A stretch of 64,000 nt of DNA from Hyaloraphidium curvatum SAG 235-1. Taxonomy: Eukaryota; Fungi; Monoblepharomycota. This document shows positions 33,633-43,141 of this stretch, one piece after another. The notes beneath the pieces are model-generated. The model did no database searches and was not told where the DNA came from. It saw only the letters and a list, made by a program, of their open reading frames with translations. Position 1 is the stretch's first letter. Every line of letters begins with the position of its first letter. Location of the stretch: the NCBI GenBank assembly GCA_025558095.1, contig JAIVFI010000042.1:248001-312000 (forward strand), in the 5' to 3' direction. The translations under genes were made by a program, and so were the position numbers.

Positions 33633-34262
33633 TCATTCGACCAGCTCCACCGTCCCGTGCTCTGCGTCCCAGCCGTACTGCCGCATGCTCACGGTCCACT
33701 GGTTCCACGCGTCCTGGTAGACGTCGACCCCTTCGCGCCTCAGAATCGCGGCCTGGAGATCCATGCTGGCTCGAGGGAACCGGATGGAGACTCGTCCTTT
33801 GTGGTTGATGACGCGATGCCAGGGCACCGGCCCGTTGTCGAGGTCGGCAGGGACGGCACGCGCGTTGGCTTCCCGATCGCGGCGACGGCGCCTCCTCCTT
33901 CCTTCCGTGGGTGCGGGTGACGCGCTCCTGCGATCCTGCGCCGTATCGCCGGTGCCCTCTGCAGGGGCGTCCGTGTCCCCGTCCTGCCGGGCCTCCCCAG
34001 ACGCGTTGCCTTCCTCGCGAGCTTCCGTCCTCGTCTCGGCGCGTTCCCTCGCGGCTCTTCGCTCCTGGCGCGCCTCCACTTCGCGATGCAGGTCCCAATC
34101 GATCTCATCGTCGGCGAGCCCGCGCAGGACGTGTCCGACGTGCCTCGAATGGTTCGGGAACCCTGCCACGCGCGCAATCTGGCCATAGCTCGCGACCGAA
34201 CCGCTAGGAATGGAGCGTATGCATCGCAGGACGTTCCGGCGGAACTTGGCCGCGTCGCTCAT
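33633..34262 (-). CDS. ATL1: Alkyltransferase-like protein (MGMT fold, non-catalytic PWHRV)
   Basis: IPSGSVASYGQIARVAG..SRHVG, VPWHRVIN (Trp in place of the catalytic Cys), QAAILRREGV. Confidence 0.88.
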   Translation of the reverse strand: MSDAAKFRRNVLRCIRSIPSGSVASYGQIARVAGFPNHSRHVGHVLRGLADDEIDWDLHREVEARQERRAARERAETRTEAREEGNASGEARQDGDTDAPAEGTGDTAQDRRSASPAPTEGRRRRRRRDREANARAVPADLDNGPVPWHRVINHKGRVSIRFPRASMDLQAAILRREGVDVYQDAWNQWTVSMRQYGWDAEHGTVELVE

Positions 34263-34436
34263 CGCGGGAGACGGGGTGGGTGAAGGAGCAACCACAGTGG
34301 GCCAAAGGACGTCCGGTCATCACATCAGAGTGCACACAGCATTCTCGACAAGAACCGCTCTATCGCTACAGTTGAAATGACCAACAATCGGTCCTTTTCG
34401 TCGCCGAACCGGATGCTCGGGCTTCCCGCTGACGCC

Positions 34437-36151
34437 TCACCGCGCCCGCTTCTCCTCCGGTCCGAGCAGCTGCCGCCCCAGAATGACCCTCTGGATCTGG
34501 TTGGTCTGCAAAAGCAACGGCGTCAGACCGTGTCCCAAATCGCTAGACGGCCCGCAATCCAACCCACCCCCTCGACGACCTGCAGCAGCTTCGCGTCGCG
34601 CATGTACCTGTTGATCCCGCCGTCGTTGGAGATGCCGTGCGCGCCGTGGAGCTGCACCGCGTCCGTGGCGACGGCCATGGCGGTGTCGGTGGCGAAGAGC
34701 TTGGCGGCGGCGGCGGCCTTGGCCATCTCGGGGCCCTTGAGGTGGGCGTCGGCCATGCACGCGGCCTTGTAGGTGAGCAGGCGGGAGGCTTCGATCCTGG
34801 TGTGCTGTGGGTGATCGGTCAGTGAGGATCGCCATCGTCATCGAGGGCAAGCAGGGACGTACCATGTCGGCGACCATCCAGCGCAGGCCCTGGAAGTCGG
34901 CGAGGGCCTGGCCGAAGGCGCGGCGGCCCTTGATGAACTCGATCGACTTGTCGAGGGCGCCCTGGGCGAGACCGACGCCGCGGGCGGCGATCAGCGGCCT
35001 GTCGTAAAGGCCAGGAGTTTAGATCAATGGGGCACGAGAGAGACGGGTCGGACGAACCTCGAGTGGTTGAACGCCTCCATGACGGCCTTGAAGCCCTTGC
35101 CCTCCTCGCCCAGCATGTTCTCCTTGGGCACCCACACCGAGTCGAAGAAGAGCGGGCTGCTCGGCACGCCCCTGCCGCCCATCTTGTCCTCCTTCCTGCC
35201 CACCGTGAACCCGGGCGTGCCCCTGGGCACGACGAAGAAGTTGAGCGCGGCCCCGCTCTTTGGCGGCTCCTGCCCCTCGGCGACGACCTTGGCGGCCACA
35301 ACCACAAAGTCCGCCACGGCGGCGTTGGTGCACCAGATCTTTGCGCCGTCGATCACGTAGCCGTCGCGGCCGTCGCGGACCTGGCGCACGGCCTTGGTCT
35401 TGATGCCGCTGATGTCGCTGCCGCTCTGGGGCTCCGAGGTGGAGAAGGCGCCGCGGACGCGGCCCTCGGCGAGGCCGGGGAGGAGCTGCGCCTTTTGCTC
35501 GGCGGAGCCGGCGGCGAGGATGGCCGAGATGGGGAGCCACTGCACGAGGAGCAGGTATGCGGCTGGACGGAACGGTTAGGTCGACGATAAGACAGATAGA
35601 TGGCGGTGGAGATACTGACTGTTGTAGCAGATCCTGCCAAGCTCCTCGACGACGACGCAGGCGGAAAGGAGCGAGTCGGAGCCGCCGTCTGCCAATGGGA
35701 GCAATCAGATCTGGCCACCCGAGTCGACGGCACTCGAGCCCACATTCTTCAGGGAAGGGAAGGGTGAAGAGGCCGAGTTCCTTCAGGAGCTCGAACATGT
35801 CCTGCGGGCCCGGTGAGGAACGCCGACGTGGGATCGGCGACGCTGACGCACCTGCGGGTACTCGCCGGTGCGGTCGATCTCGTCCGCCCTGGGGGCGACC
35901 TTCTCCAGCGCGATGCGGCGGACGTAGTCCTTCAGGTTGACGAGGTCCGGCGAGAGGAGGAAGTTTGTCGGTGTCGTCTCGGCGTCGATTGTCGCCTCGA
36001 GCGAGTCCGTGGGCGCCGCGGACGCGAAGCGCGGGGCTGGCGATGCCGAGAACGGCCGCAGCGCGAGCACCGGCAGCCTGCGGGCTGCGGCGGCGCGGGC
36101 GGCGGCGCGGGACAGCGGGGCCGAGAGGAGCAGCGCCCTCGGGGCGGCCAT
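34437..36151 (-). CDS. Acyl-CoA dehydrogenase with mitochondrial presequence (6 introns)
   Basis: FSTSEPQSGSD, IDGAKIWCTN, EDKMGGRG, RAFGQALADFQG, AVQLHGAHG, VVEGTNQIQR. Confidence 0.92.
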
Positions 36152-36411
36152 CGCGGGGGCGGGGGGCGGCGGGCGGCGGCGCGGTGCTCTGCAGACGAAT
36201 GCCGCAACTGTCTGCTGCGGCTTCGGAAGACTCCCTCGGCAGGCGAGATTGAAACCGATGATCGAGCGCGGAAGACGGGTCGATGCCGGGCCGATCTCCG
36301 CCTAGCGGTTCCCTAGTTGGCGTCCTCCACTACGAGAACCCGCTAGCCTCTCCGTGGCGCCGGCCCGCTCCGAGTTCCCCACTTCGACCTCCCACTCCTC
36401 TCTCCCGAACG

Positions 36412-36768
36412 ATGGGCGGCGACGCGCACGGCCACGGCCACGGCCCCTCGGTGCCCAGCTGTGCGTGCGCCGCCGCCTCCCCGCCGCCCCGCTCACCCGC
36501 CGCAGACGACGAGATCCGGCACTTCGCCTTTGTCGGCGCGCGCCCCGCAGTCGTCGACTCGACCGCCTACTACAAGGCTCTCGTCGACACGAACCTCGGC
36601 TCGCCCGCGACCTACCAGAAGGTCTCGGACAAGGCCTAGTGCGTGCCGCGCCGCGCCCTCCTATCCGCGTCTGACCCCATCCGCCCACCAACCCCCATCC
36701 GCCGCCGCATCCGCACCCGCAGCGCCGCCGCGAAGGCCCGGCTAGCAAAGGCCGAGGAGAAGGCGTGA
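36412..36768 (+). CDS. Small spliced protein (75 aa) of unknown function, His/Gly-rich N-terminus
   Basis: Exons 36412-36460, 36506-36638, 36723-36768 with GTGCGT donors and CAG acceptors give an open 75-aa product with strong C/G third-position bias. Confidence 0.7.
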
Positions 36769-36966
36769 TGTAGCCGCTGGACTGAAATCGGACGTGGCTG
36801 CCTCGCTTGTTGCCCCGGGAACTCGGATGCCGACGCTCGCCGGTCCTGGACTGCTGATGGACTGCATTCCTGCGGACATGGAGTGCTGGAACGGGGATTC
36901 TGGCTTCGGATGCCGTGCATCGCGGTGGATCGCCCTACACGGCCCTACGCGACGTGCTCCACGGCA

Positions 36967-37620
36967 CTACTCGTCCTTGAAATAGCTCATATCGAAGCCG
37001 TCCATGTCCCCGTACCTGCCGAGGCTGCGGAACCCCACGGTGATCTGCCCCACGTGGTACGTGGAATGGTTGACCATGTGGGCGACGATCTCGTTGGCGG
37101 GCTTGGTTGCCGTGCCGCCGGCCGAGTCGGTGTACTCCACGGGCTTGCCCGAGGCGAGCAGCCCGGCGAGGTTCCCGTTTGCAAAGGCGAGCACCTTGTC
37201 GGCCTGTCGGGGCGTTCAGTCCAGGCCAGGTGTCGACCCGCTGCCACCCGCCTCTTCGAGCAACATCGCCGCCGTCGCCGCCCGATCCGCAACGTACGTC
37301 TCCCACCCATTCTTCTTCCCCTTGACCTTCGAGTACGGATCCTCCATCCGCTCCCACATGTCGTGCAGAGCCGCGTGTCCCTCCTCGTGCCCGGCCAGTC
37401 TCCCGCCCCACAGCCGGAGCGTCGCCACGACATGGTTCAGCACGCCATGAATGGAGCGGAACACGAGCCCGCAGTCGGAAAAGTAATCGGTGTCCGACAC
37501 GGGCGCGAGCTTCTCGATGACGAGGCCGAGGAGCCAGCGCTGGTACCGCAGCAGGCGGAGGAGGTGAAGTGCTAGGGGGTCGCTGGCGGGCGCGGGGGTG
37601 GAGGGCGCGGGGGAGGACAT
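36967..37620 (-). CDS. DinB/YfiT-family putative metalloprotein
   Basis: YQRW, GLVFRSIHGVLNHVV and HMVNHSTYHVGQ match the DinB His metal-binding pattern; one intron. Confidence 0.85.
37204..37251 (-). other. Non-canonical GC-AG intron (DinB gene)
   Basis: GAG|GCGGGT...CTGAAC...CAG|GCC GAC AAG is the only junction I found that keeps the two DinB halves in frame; nearby GT donors are out of phase. Confidence 0.65.
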
Positions 37621-37977
37621 GGTCTGGGGAGCGGGGGTTGGTGTTCCGTCGGAATTGCATTCATCGGAGATAGAAGCAGGCCTCACGTCGCGGGAACGTT
37701 GGGGAACTACGGTTCTGTTTGGGCGCGGAGCGGAGCGATGTAACCTCCCGACTTCGCTCGTGATCGTCGGCCAACGCCGCCCGAAAAGGACGAAAAGACG
37801 AGCAAAAGACTCGTCGCAGAGAGCAAGAAACAAGAATCTGTTGGAAAGAGCAAGAAACATCGCAGCTCTACCGAAGATGTGCCAATCATCGGTATCCGCT
37901 GATGAGACAGGAGCGGCAACGCCTCCACCCATGGTGCCGCCCTCTGTCGGCAACGTCGACCAACCTCTGCAGGCCGG

Positions 37978-38265
37978 CTAGACGACCGTTCCTGCTGTCG
38001 TCCTGCGTCGACCGTGACATCCCTTGCAGGCTGGCGTCCGTCGTGATCACCTCCTTTGGCCGTCCGCAACCGTCCTGAAACCCACTTATAAAGTTCCAGA
38101 TGGCAACGAGGACGTCGACAATCGCGTTTACAATAGCCATGACTTGTAGGGCGGGTCAGGGTTTGACGTCGCGCAGGCCACGGAACGGGAGGGCCCACAG
38201 AAGGAGGCGATGGCGGAAATGACGGCGTTGATGCCCCTGCCGATGGCTGAAAAGATGTTTCCCAT
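37978..38265 (-). CDS. Small hydrophobic/amphipathic spliced protein (58 aa)
   Basis: Exons 38265-38199, 38142-38086, 38030-37978 give MGNIFSAIGRGINAVISAIASFFMAIVNAIVDVLVAIWNFITCKGCHGRRRTTAGTVV*; both introns are GT-AG, 55-56 nt. Confidence 0.75.
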
Positions 38266-38610
38266 CTTTGAGTTGGCACTTTGGCACGGAGCGTTGGTGG
38301 AAGCGGGCTATAGAGCGCGGGGTGTGCGGCTTCAGGGCGCTTCAACAGCTCGCTGCAAGGGCGGTTGCGGGGGCACTGGGCAACAAAACTGCCGTCAGAC
38401 GTGTAGCCGCGCTATTCGTTTACATGGCTTACAGTCCGGAGGCGAACTGGAGCGCGGGCGAAGGACTGTTGCGTCGCAATTGCGAACAATGCGATGCGGT
38501 AACCGCTCGCGAAAGCCCCAATACCACCTTTGTGCGTTCATCACAAAACTCCCCCCGCGTTCACACAATCAGAGCTCACATTCTCACTGCATTCATCACC
38601 AAATCAGCGC

Positions 38611-39688
38611 TTACTTGCCCATCTTGTCAAAGAAACGCAGCCGCTTCCGCCTGAGCTCTTCCGCGTCGACCTCGCGGTGCTCCCCAACCCGCTGCCCGCC
38701 CTCGACGCTCTCCCTCGCCCTCCGGTTGCCCGATCCGACCTCCCTGATCGACTCGTAGATCGTGGCCTCGTGGCTGGTGAACCTCAGATCCTTCTTGCGC
38801 GGCACGACGTCCTTCAGCACCCTCGTGGCCCGCTCGAGATCGATCTCCTCCTTTTTGACGGGATACTTGAGCTGAGCTTCCAGCCTAGCCCACAGCCCGG
38901 CCTCGCGAAGCAGCATGTTGCTCCAGGTCTTGTGCGATCGGAAGACGATGGAGATCCGGCTCTGGTACTGGCTGGATGGCGGAGCGACCGCGAGGGGGCG
39001 GATGCCGTGCAGCCAGTCGACGCGTGAAGGGCCGGACATAATAGATCTACGGAGCAGCGAATTGAGATGAGTCGAGTGCCTGTGTTTCGAGGGTCATGCG
39101 CTTACCGGGACTTCGATCGCGTAGGCGTTGCGGCACTTGTCGGCGTGCTTGCCGCTCTCGGGGGCCTTTTCGACCCGAAAGCCAGCATCCTCCTCTTCCT
39201 TCGACAGTCTCCTCGGTCTCCCTTCCCACTTCGAGCCGGCGAGGACGAAGGAAGCGGTGCTGCCCAGCCCAAGGCTCACTGTCGTGACGAACTCGCCCCA
39301 TCTGTACCGCGAGTCCCAGTGGGCCTGGGAGAGGAACACGCGCGTCAACGAATATCTAGCGGCTTTAGTGTAAAGGGCTCACATGGAATCCCCCGTTGGG
39401 CGGCTCGTACTCCATGGCCTGAAACGAATCGGCGAGAACCAGCTCGGGACACATGCCGCTGTCTTTGACGAGATTCCAGACCCGGAACCCGTCGTCGAAC
39501 GCGTCGGGACCGCTGATCAATGACTTCCCGGATCCGCCGGTGCGTTCCGTTCCCTCTTTGTCGCGCTTCCACGTTCCGCGTTCGAGTTGGGGTCGGGAGG
39601 CGTCGTAGAGTCGGCGCTCGCCGGCGGGCGTTAGAACGTCGTAGGCGATGAGGAGGCCCGGCACCGAGGTGCTTCGAAGAATGCGCAT
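38611..39688 (-). CDS. AlkB-like 2OG-Fe(II) dioxygenase
   Basis: PGLLIAYDVLT, HWD (HxD), VSLG, MSGPSRVDWLHGI (distal His), RISIVFR (2OG-binding Arg). The second splice junction is ambiguous. Confidence 0.75.
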
Positions 39689-39797
39689 GACTGCCAGGGA
39701 AATGGAGCCGACGCTCGCGTGATGACGGGTTCCGCGTGTGGTCCGGAGCGATGACGTTTGCGCCGCGGCGGCCTGGAAATCGACCACACCCGGTTCA

Positions 39798-40871
39798 ATG
39801 CCCACCATCTCGCGCGTTTTGACGCGCCTGACGCGTCTCGCGGTCCAATCTTTGCCGAGGGGCGTGCGCTGGCGGCACGTCCTCGCCTCGCCGGATATTG
39901 TTGGCTTCGCGGAGCACCTGAAGGAATGCCGGAACGTCGTGGTTCTCGCCGGCGCCGGATTGTCGACGGCTGCGGGCCTTCCGGACTTCCGCACCCCCGG
40001 TACCGGCTTGTACGCGGCGCTGGAGAAGTTCAAGCTTCCGTACCCGGAGAGCATCTTCGACCTGGACCACTTCAGAAACGATCCGAGGGCATTTCTTGCC
40101 GTCGGGCGCGACCTTATGCCCCGGCCAGCCCTGTTCCAGCCGACTCTGGGCCACTACTTCGTACGACAACTCTCGGACCAGGGCCGTCTCTTGCGGTTGT
40201 TTAGCCAAAACGTCGACGGTCTCGAGTATCTGGCCGGCATACCTGACGAGAGGGTCGTCACTGCCCATGGCTCCTTCCGGGGGGGGCACTGCGCGGGGTC
40301 GGACAACACTCGTCCGTGCGGACACCGCATCTCGGCCGGGGAAACACGGAGGATCATGCTCTCGGGCAAGATCGAGGACTGCGTTTGCCCACGATGCCAA
40401 ATCGGGTACATGAAGCCCGACATCGTGTTCTTCTCCGAGTCCATGCCCGAGGATTTCTGGTACCGCGCCGAGGCCGATCTCCCCAAGGCGGACGCCCTCA
40501 TCGTTATGGGCACGTCGCTCCAGGTGTTTCCTTTTGCCGGACTCGTAGACGACGTGCCGCGCATGGTCCCGCGGCTGCTGATCAACAAGACTCTGGACGG
40601 CCCGTTCCGGGATCTGCCCGAGATCCGCGACGCCTTTGGTCGGGACGCAGTGTACCAGGGGTCTTGCGACGACGGCGTGAAGGAGCTCGCGCGCCTGTGT
40701 GGGTTCGGGGAGACGGAACTTGTCGAACTTGCCGATCGCGAGCGCGCGATGGTCAAGGAGTTTGGCGAATCCCTCGCGGCCACGCAGGACGGCGAGGCGG
40801 CATTCTGGAATGGACTGCCGTGGTTGGAGGGGAAGGATCGGCCTCCCGGTCTTCCAAAACCTCGCCCATGA
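39798..40871 (+). CDS. Class I sirtuin (Hst2/SIRT2/SIRT3-like NAD-dependent deacylase), intronless
   Basis: GAGLSTAAGLPDFRTPGTGLY, SQNVDGLE, HGSF, Zn-binding Cys residues, KPDIVFF, GTSLQVFPFA, RLLIN. Confidence 0.93.
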   Translation: MPTISRVLTRLTRLAVQSLPRGVRWRHVLASPDIVGFAEHLKECRNVVVLAGAGLSTAAGLPDFRTPGTGLYAALEKFKLPYPESIFDLDHFRNDPRAFLAVGRDLMPRPALFQPTLGHYFVRQLSDQGRLLRLFSQNVDGLEYLAGIPDERVVTAHGSFRGGHCAGSDNTRPCGHRISAGETRRIMLSGKIEDCVCPRCQIGYMKPDIVFFSESMPEDFWYRAEADLPKADALIVMGTSLQVFPFAGLVDDVPRMVPRLLINKTLDGPFRDLPEIRDAFGRDAVYQGSCDDGVKELARLCGFGETELVELADRERAMVKEFGESLAATQDGEAAFWNGLPWLEGKDRPPGLPKPRP

Positions 40872-40894
40872 TTGCAAGACGGACATGCTTTCGG

Positions 40895-41841
40895 CTACGG
40901 GTTCACATCTTGGGCCACCCACGATCCACCGTCTCCTCGCGAGAACTTGATCCGGGTCTGCGGCCTGCCGGAGAGGCGCAGGTAGTCCACGTTTACCACC
41001 TCCATGACCAGGAGCGTGAACCGCGTCAGCCCGAGGTCGTGCGCCTCCTTCAGCCTCGCGTCGCCCTCTGAGGCCGCCACCATGTCGTCCAGCTCCCAGA
41101 TCATCCTGTCTTCGGGGCTGCGCTCGAGGGGCTTCCCGGGATGCGGCCAGGAGAAGCTGGCGCGACCGCCCGGCGCGATGCGGCCCCAGAGCGCGAGCCG
41201 CTGCTGCTCCCAGAACTGCTGCTGTTCGGCGGGAGAGGGCGTCGGGGCGTCCGCGGTCGTGGGAGGGAAGGGGATGGGCGGCAGCGGGGTGGAGGCGTAC
41301 AGCGGGTGGGAGGGCGGGAAGACGAGGAAGATTCGGCCCGAAAGGCGGTACTGTTCCCGCGGGACCGACAGCCACCAGCAGACCTCTGCCCTTCCGTTGC
41401 CGTCAATCAGCTCCTGGACCTGAAAGCGCTGCAGGATCAGCACTATCGCTCCCAAACCGCGTCCGAATCACTGACAGACCTTCTCCGAGCGACAATCAGT
41501 GCAGAAAGTCAGCATGTCCGAGGTCGGCGACCCCCGGTTCGGTGCCTCCCGCGACGGGATTGGCAGACTCGGATCGTTGCTCGGATCGGGGCTTGTGTCC
41601 GCGGCAGCCGGGGCCGGGACAGCCGAGGTAGGAGCAATAGGGCCTAGGAAGCCGCGAAAGACGACCGTCCGGACCGACGGAGTCGGCGTGGCGAGCTGGA
41701 CATAGACCGCGCTGCCGTCTTTGCCGCGACTGATCTTGAGCGCGTACTGCGACGTGGGCACGCGTCAGAAGCAGCGATGCGCAACGTGCAATGATCCGAG
41801 ACCTCGATCATGGCCTTCCAGGACCGCGACGAGGCCGCCAT
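40895..41841 (-). CDS. Pyridoxamine 5'-phosphate oxidase-like FMN-binding protein (Alr4036/YGR017W-type)
   Basis: QLAT.TPSVRTVVFRGF, TDCRSEKV, EVCWW...REQYRLSG, VDYLRL, C-terminal W....VNP; two introns. Confidence 0.85.
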
Positions 41842-41906
41842 CGCGTCTTGCGGACTGATTGGTGGTGCTGGGAAACGGGAGATCGGCACCCGCAACCGCC
41901 AACACA

Positions 41907-43054
41907 ATGGCCCGCCTGCCCAGCTTCGCCGATGTGCGCGCCAGCTACGAGGACTTTGTGCTGCGCAACGCGCCTTTGGTGACGGCGGTCGAGGGCATCG
42001 CGCGAAACGTCGCGTTCTTCCTGCCGGGCCGCGTCGTCGAGTCGGAGCTCGCGGCCGAGTCGGTGTTCGCGGCGCTGAACGTGCTCGGCGTCTACCACGA
42101 CGCCATCCTCGCGCCGCACTTCCCGCAGGCGTCGGCGCCCGGCTCGCACACCGCGCTGTTCAACCGCTATGCGCGCGCCGCCGTCGGCCGCCCCGGCGTC
42201 CGCCACGTCGCGTTCGCGCTGGCCGGCCTGTCCGCCGGCGAGGTCGTGCTCGAGCTGCTGGCGCGCAGGCGCGGCGATCGCGCCCGCTGGGACGTCGTGC
42301 TCGCGATCGAGGCCATCAAGGCCGGCCTGCGGCTGCACATGTTCAACCAGACCGGCGGCCGCATGGTGCTGTCGCCGCCGCTGCCCGTGCGCGACTACGA
42401 CACGTCGCAGCCGGAGGTCACAGTGCACATCGGGCCGCCGAACCTCAACGACGTGTTCGGCTCGGGCGCCAAGGACCCGGCCGCCGTCAGCAAGTTCCTG
42501 ACGAGCCGCGCGCTCACCGACCCCAGCGCCCTGAGGCCGGGCGATCTCGTCGGCGTGACCGACGGCTACCGCAAGTGGTGCGAGATTGCCTTCATCCTCA
42601 GGCCAGTCATCTACGGTGGGTTCCCCTCGAATGGCTTCCCATTTTTTTCCGCCTGATCCTTTCCGCAGTCACCCTGATCCGCCAATACGGCGTCCACCAC
42701 GCCCTCCCTTTCTCCGTATCCCTCGCCGTGGACCTGACCGCCCTCCTCGTCTCCCAATCGGTTCTGCGCGGCAAGCGCAAGCCGACGGTGCTGGAGAAGG
42801 CCGAGTACCAGCGCAGGATGTGGCTCCTGCTGTGGTACCTGCTCCGGGGACCGATGTACGACCGGTGGACGAGCCCCCGACTGTCTTCCTTCGTCGGATG
42901 GACCAAGGGGAAGATGGGAATCAGCATACTTGGGAGTGAGTGACTCGGCCCGGTCGCCCGTCCTTGAGGCCGCCTGACACGTTCGTCAGACATTGTCGCC
43001 GACTACCTTCCTGCGTGGGAGTCGGTCTACTTCCATACCGCCGCGTCGTCTTAG
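41907..43054 (+). CDS. PEX16: Peroxisomal membrane biogenesis protein Pex16
   Basis: YEDFVLRNA, FFLPGR..ESELAAESV, YHDAIL, EIAFILRPVIY, EYQRR...WYLLRGPMYD, C-terminal DYLPAWESVYFHT. Confidence 0.9.
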
Positions 43055-43141
43055 AGATAGACTCCATTGACTGTGTCGCGATCGCTAATCGTAATGGAAG
43101 GATATCGACAAAGAGTTACATGGCCCAGGAAATCGAAAAGT

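Noticed and set aside
34437-36151. Calling the ACAD an AidB ortholog to complete an Ada-like regulon
   Set aside because: It has the length and motifs of an ordinary roughly 400-aa ACAD, without the AidB N- and C-terminal domains.
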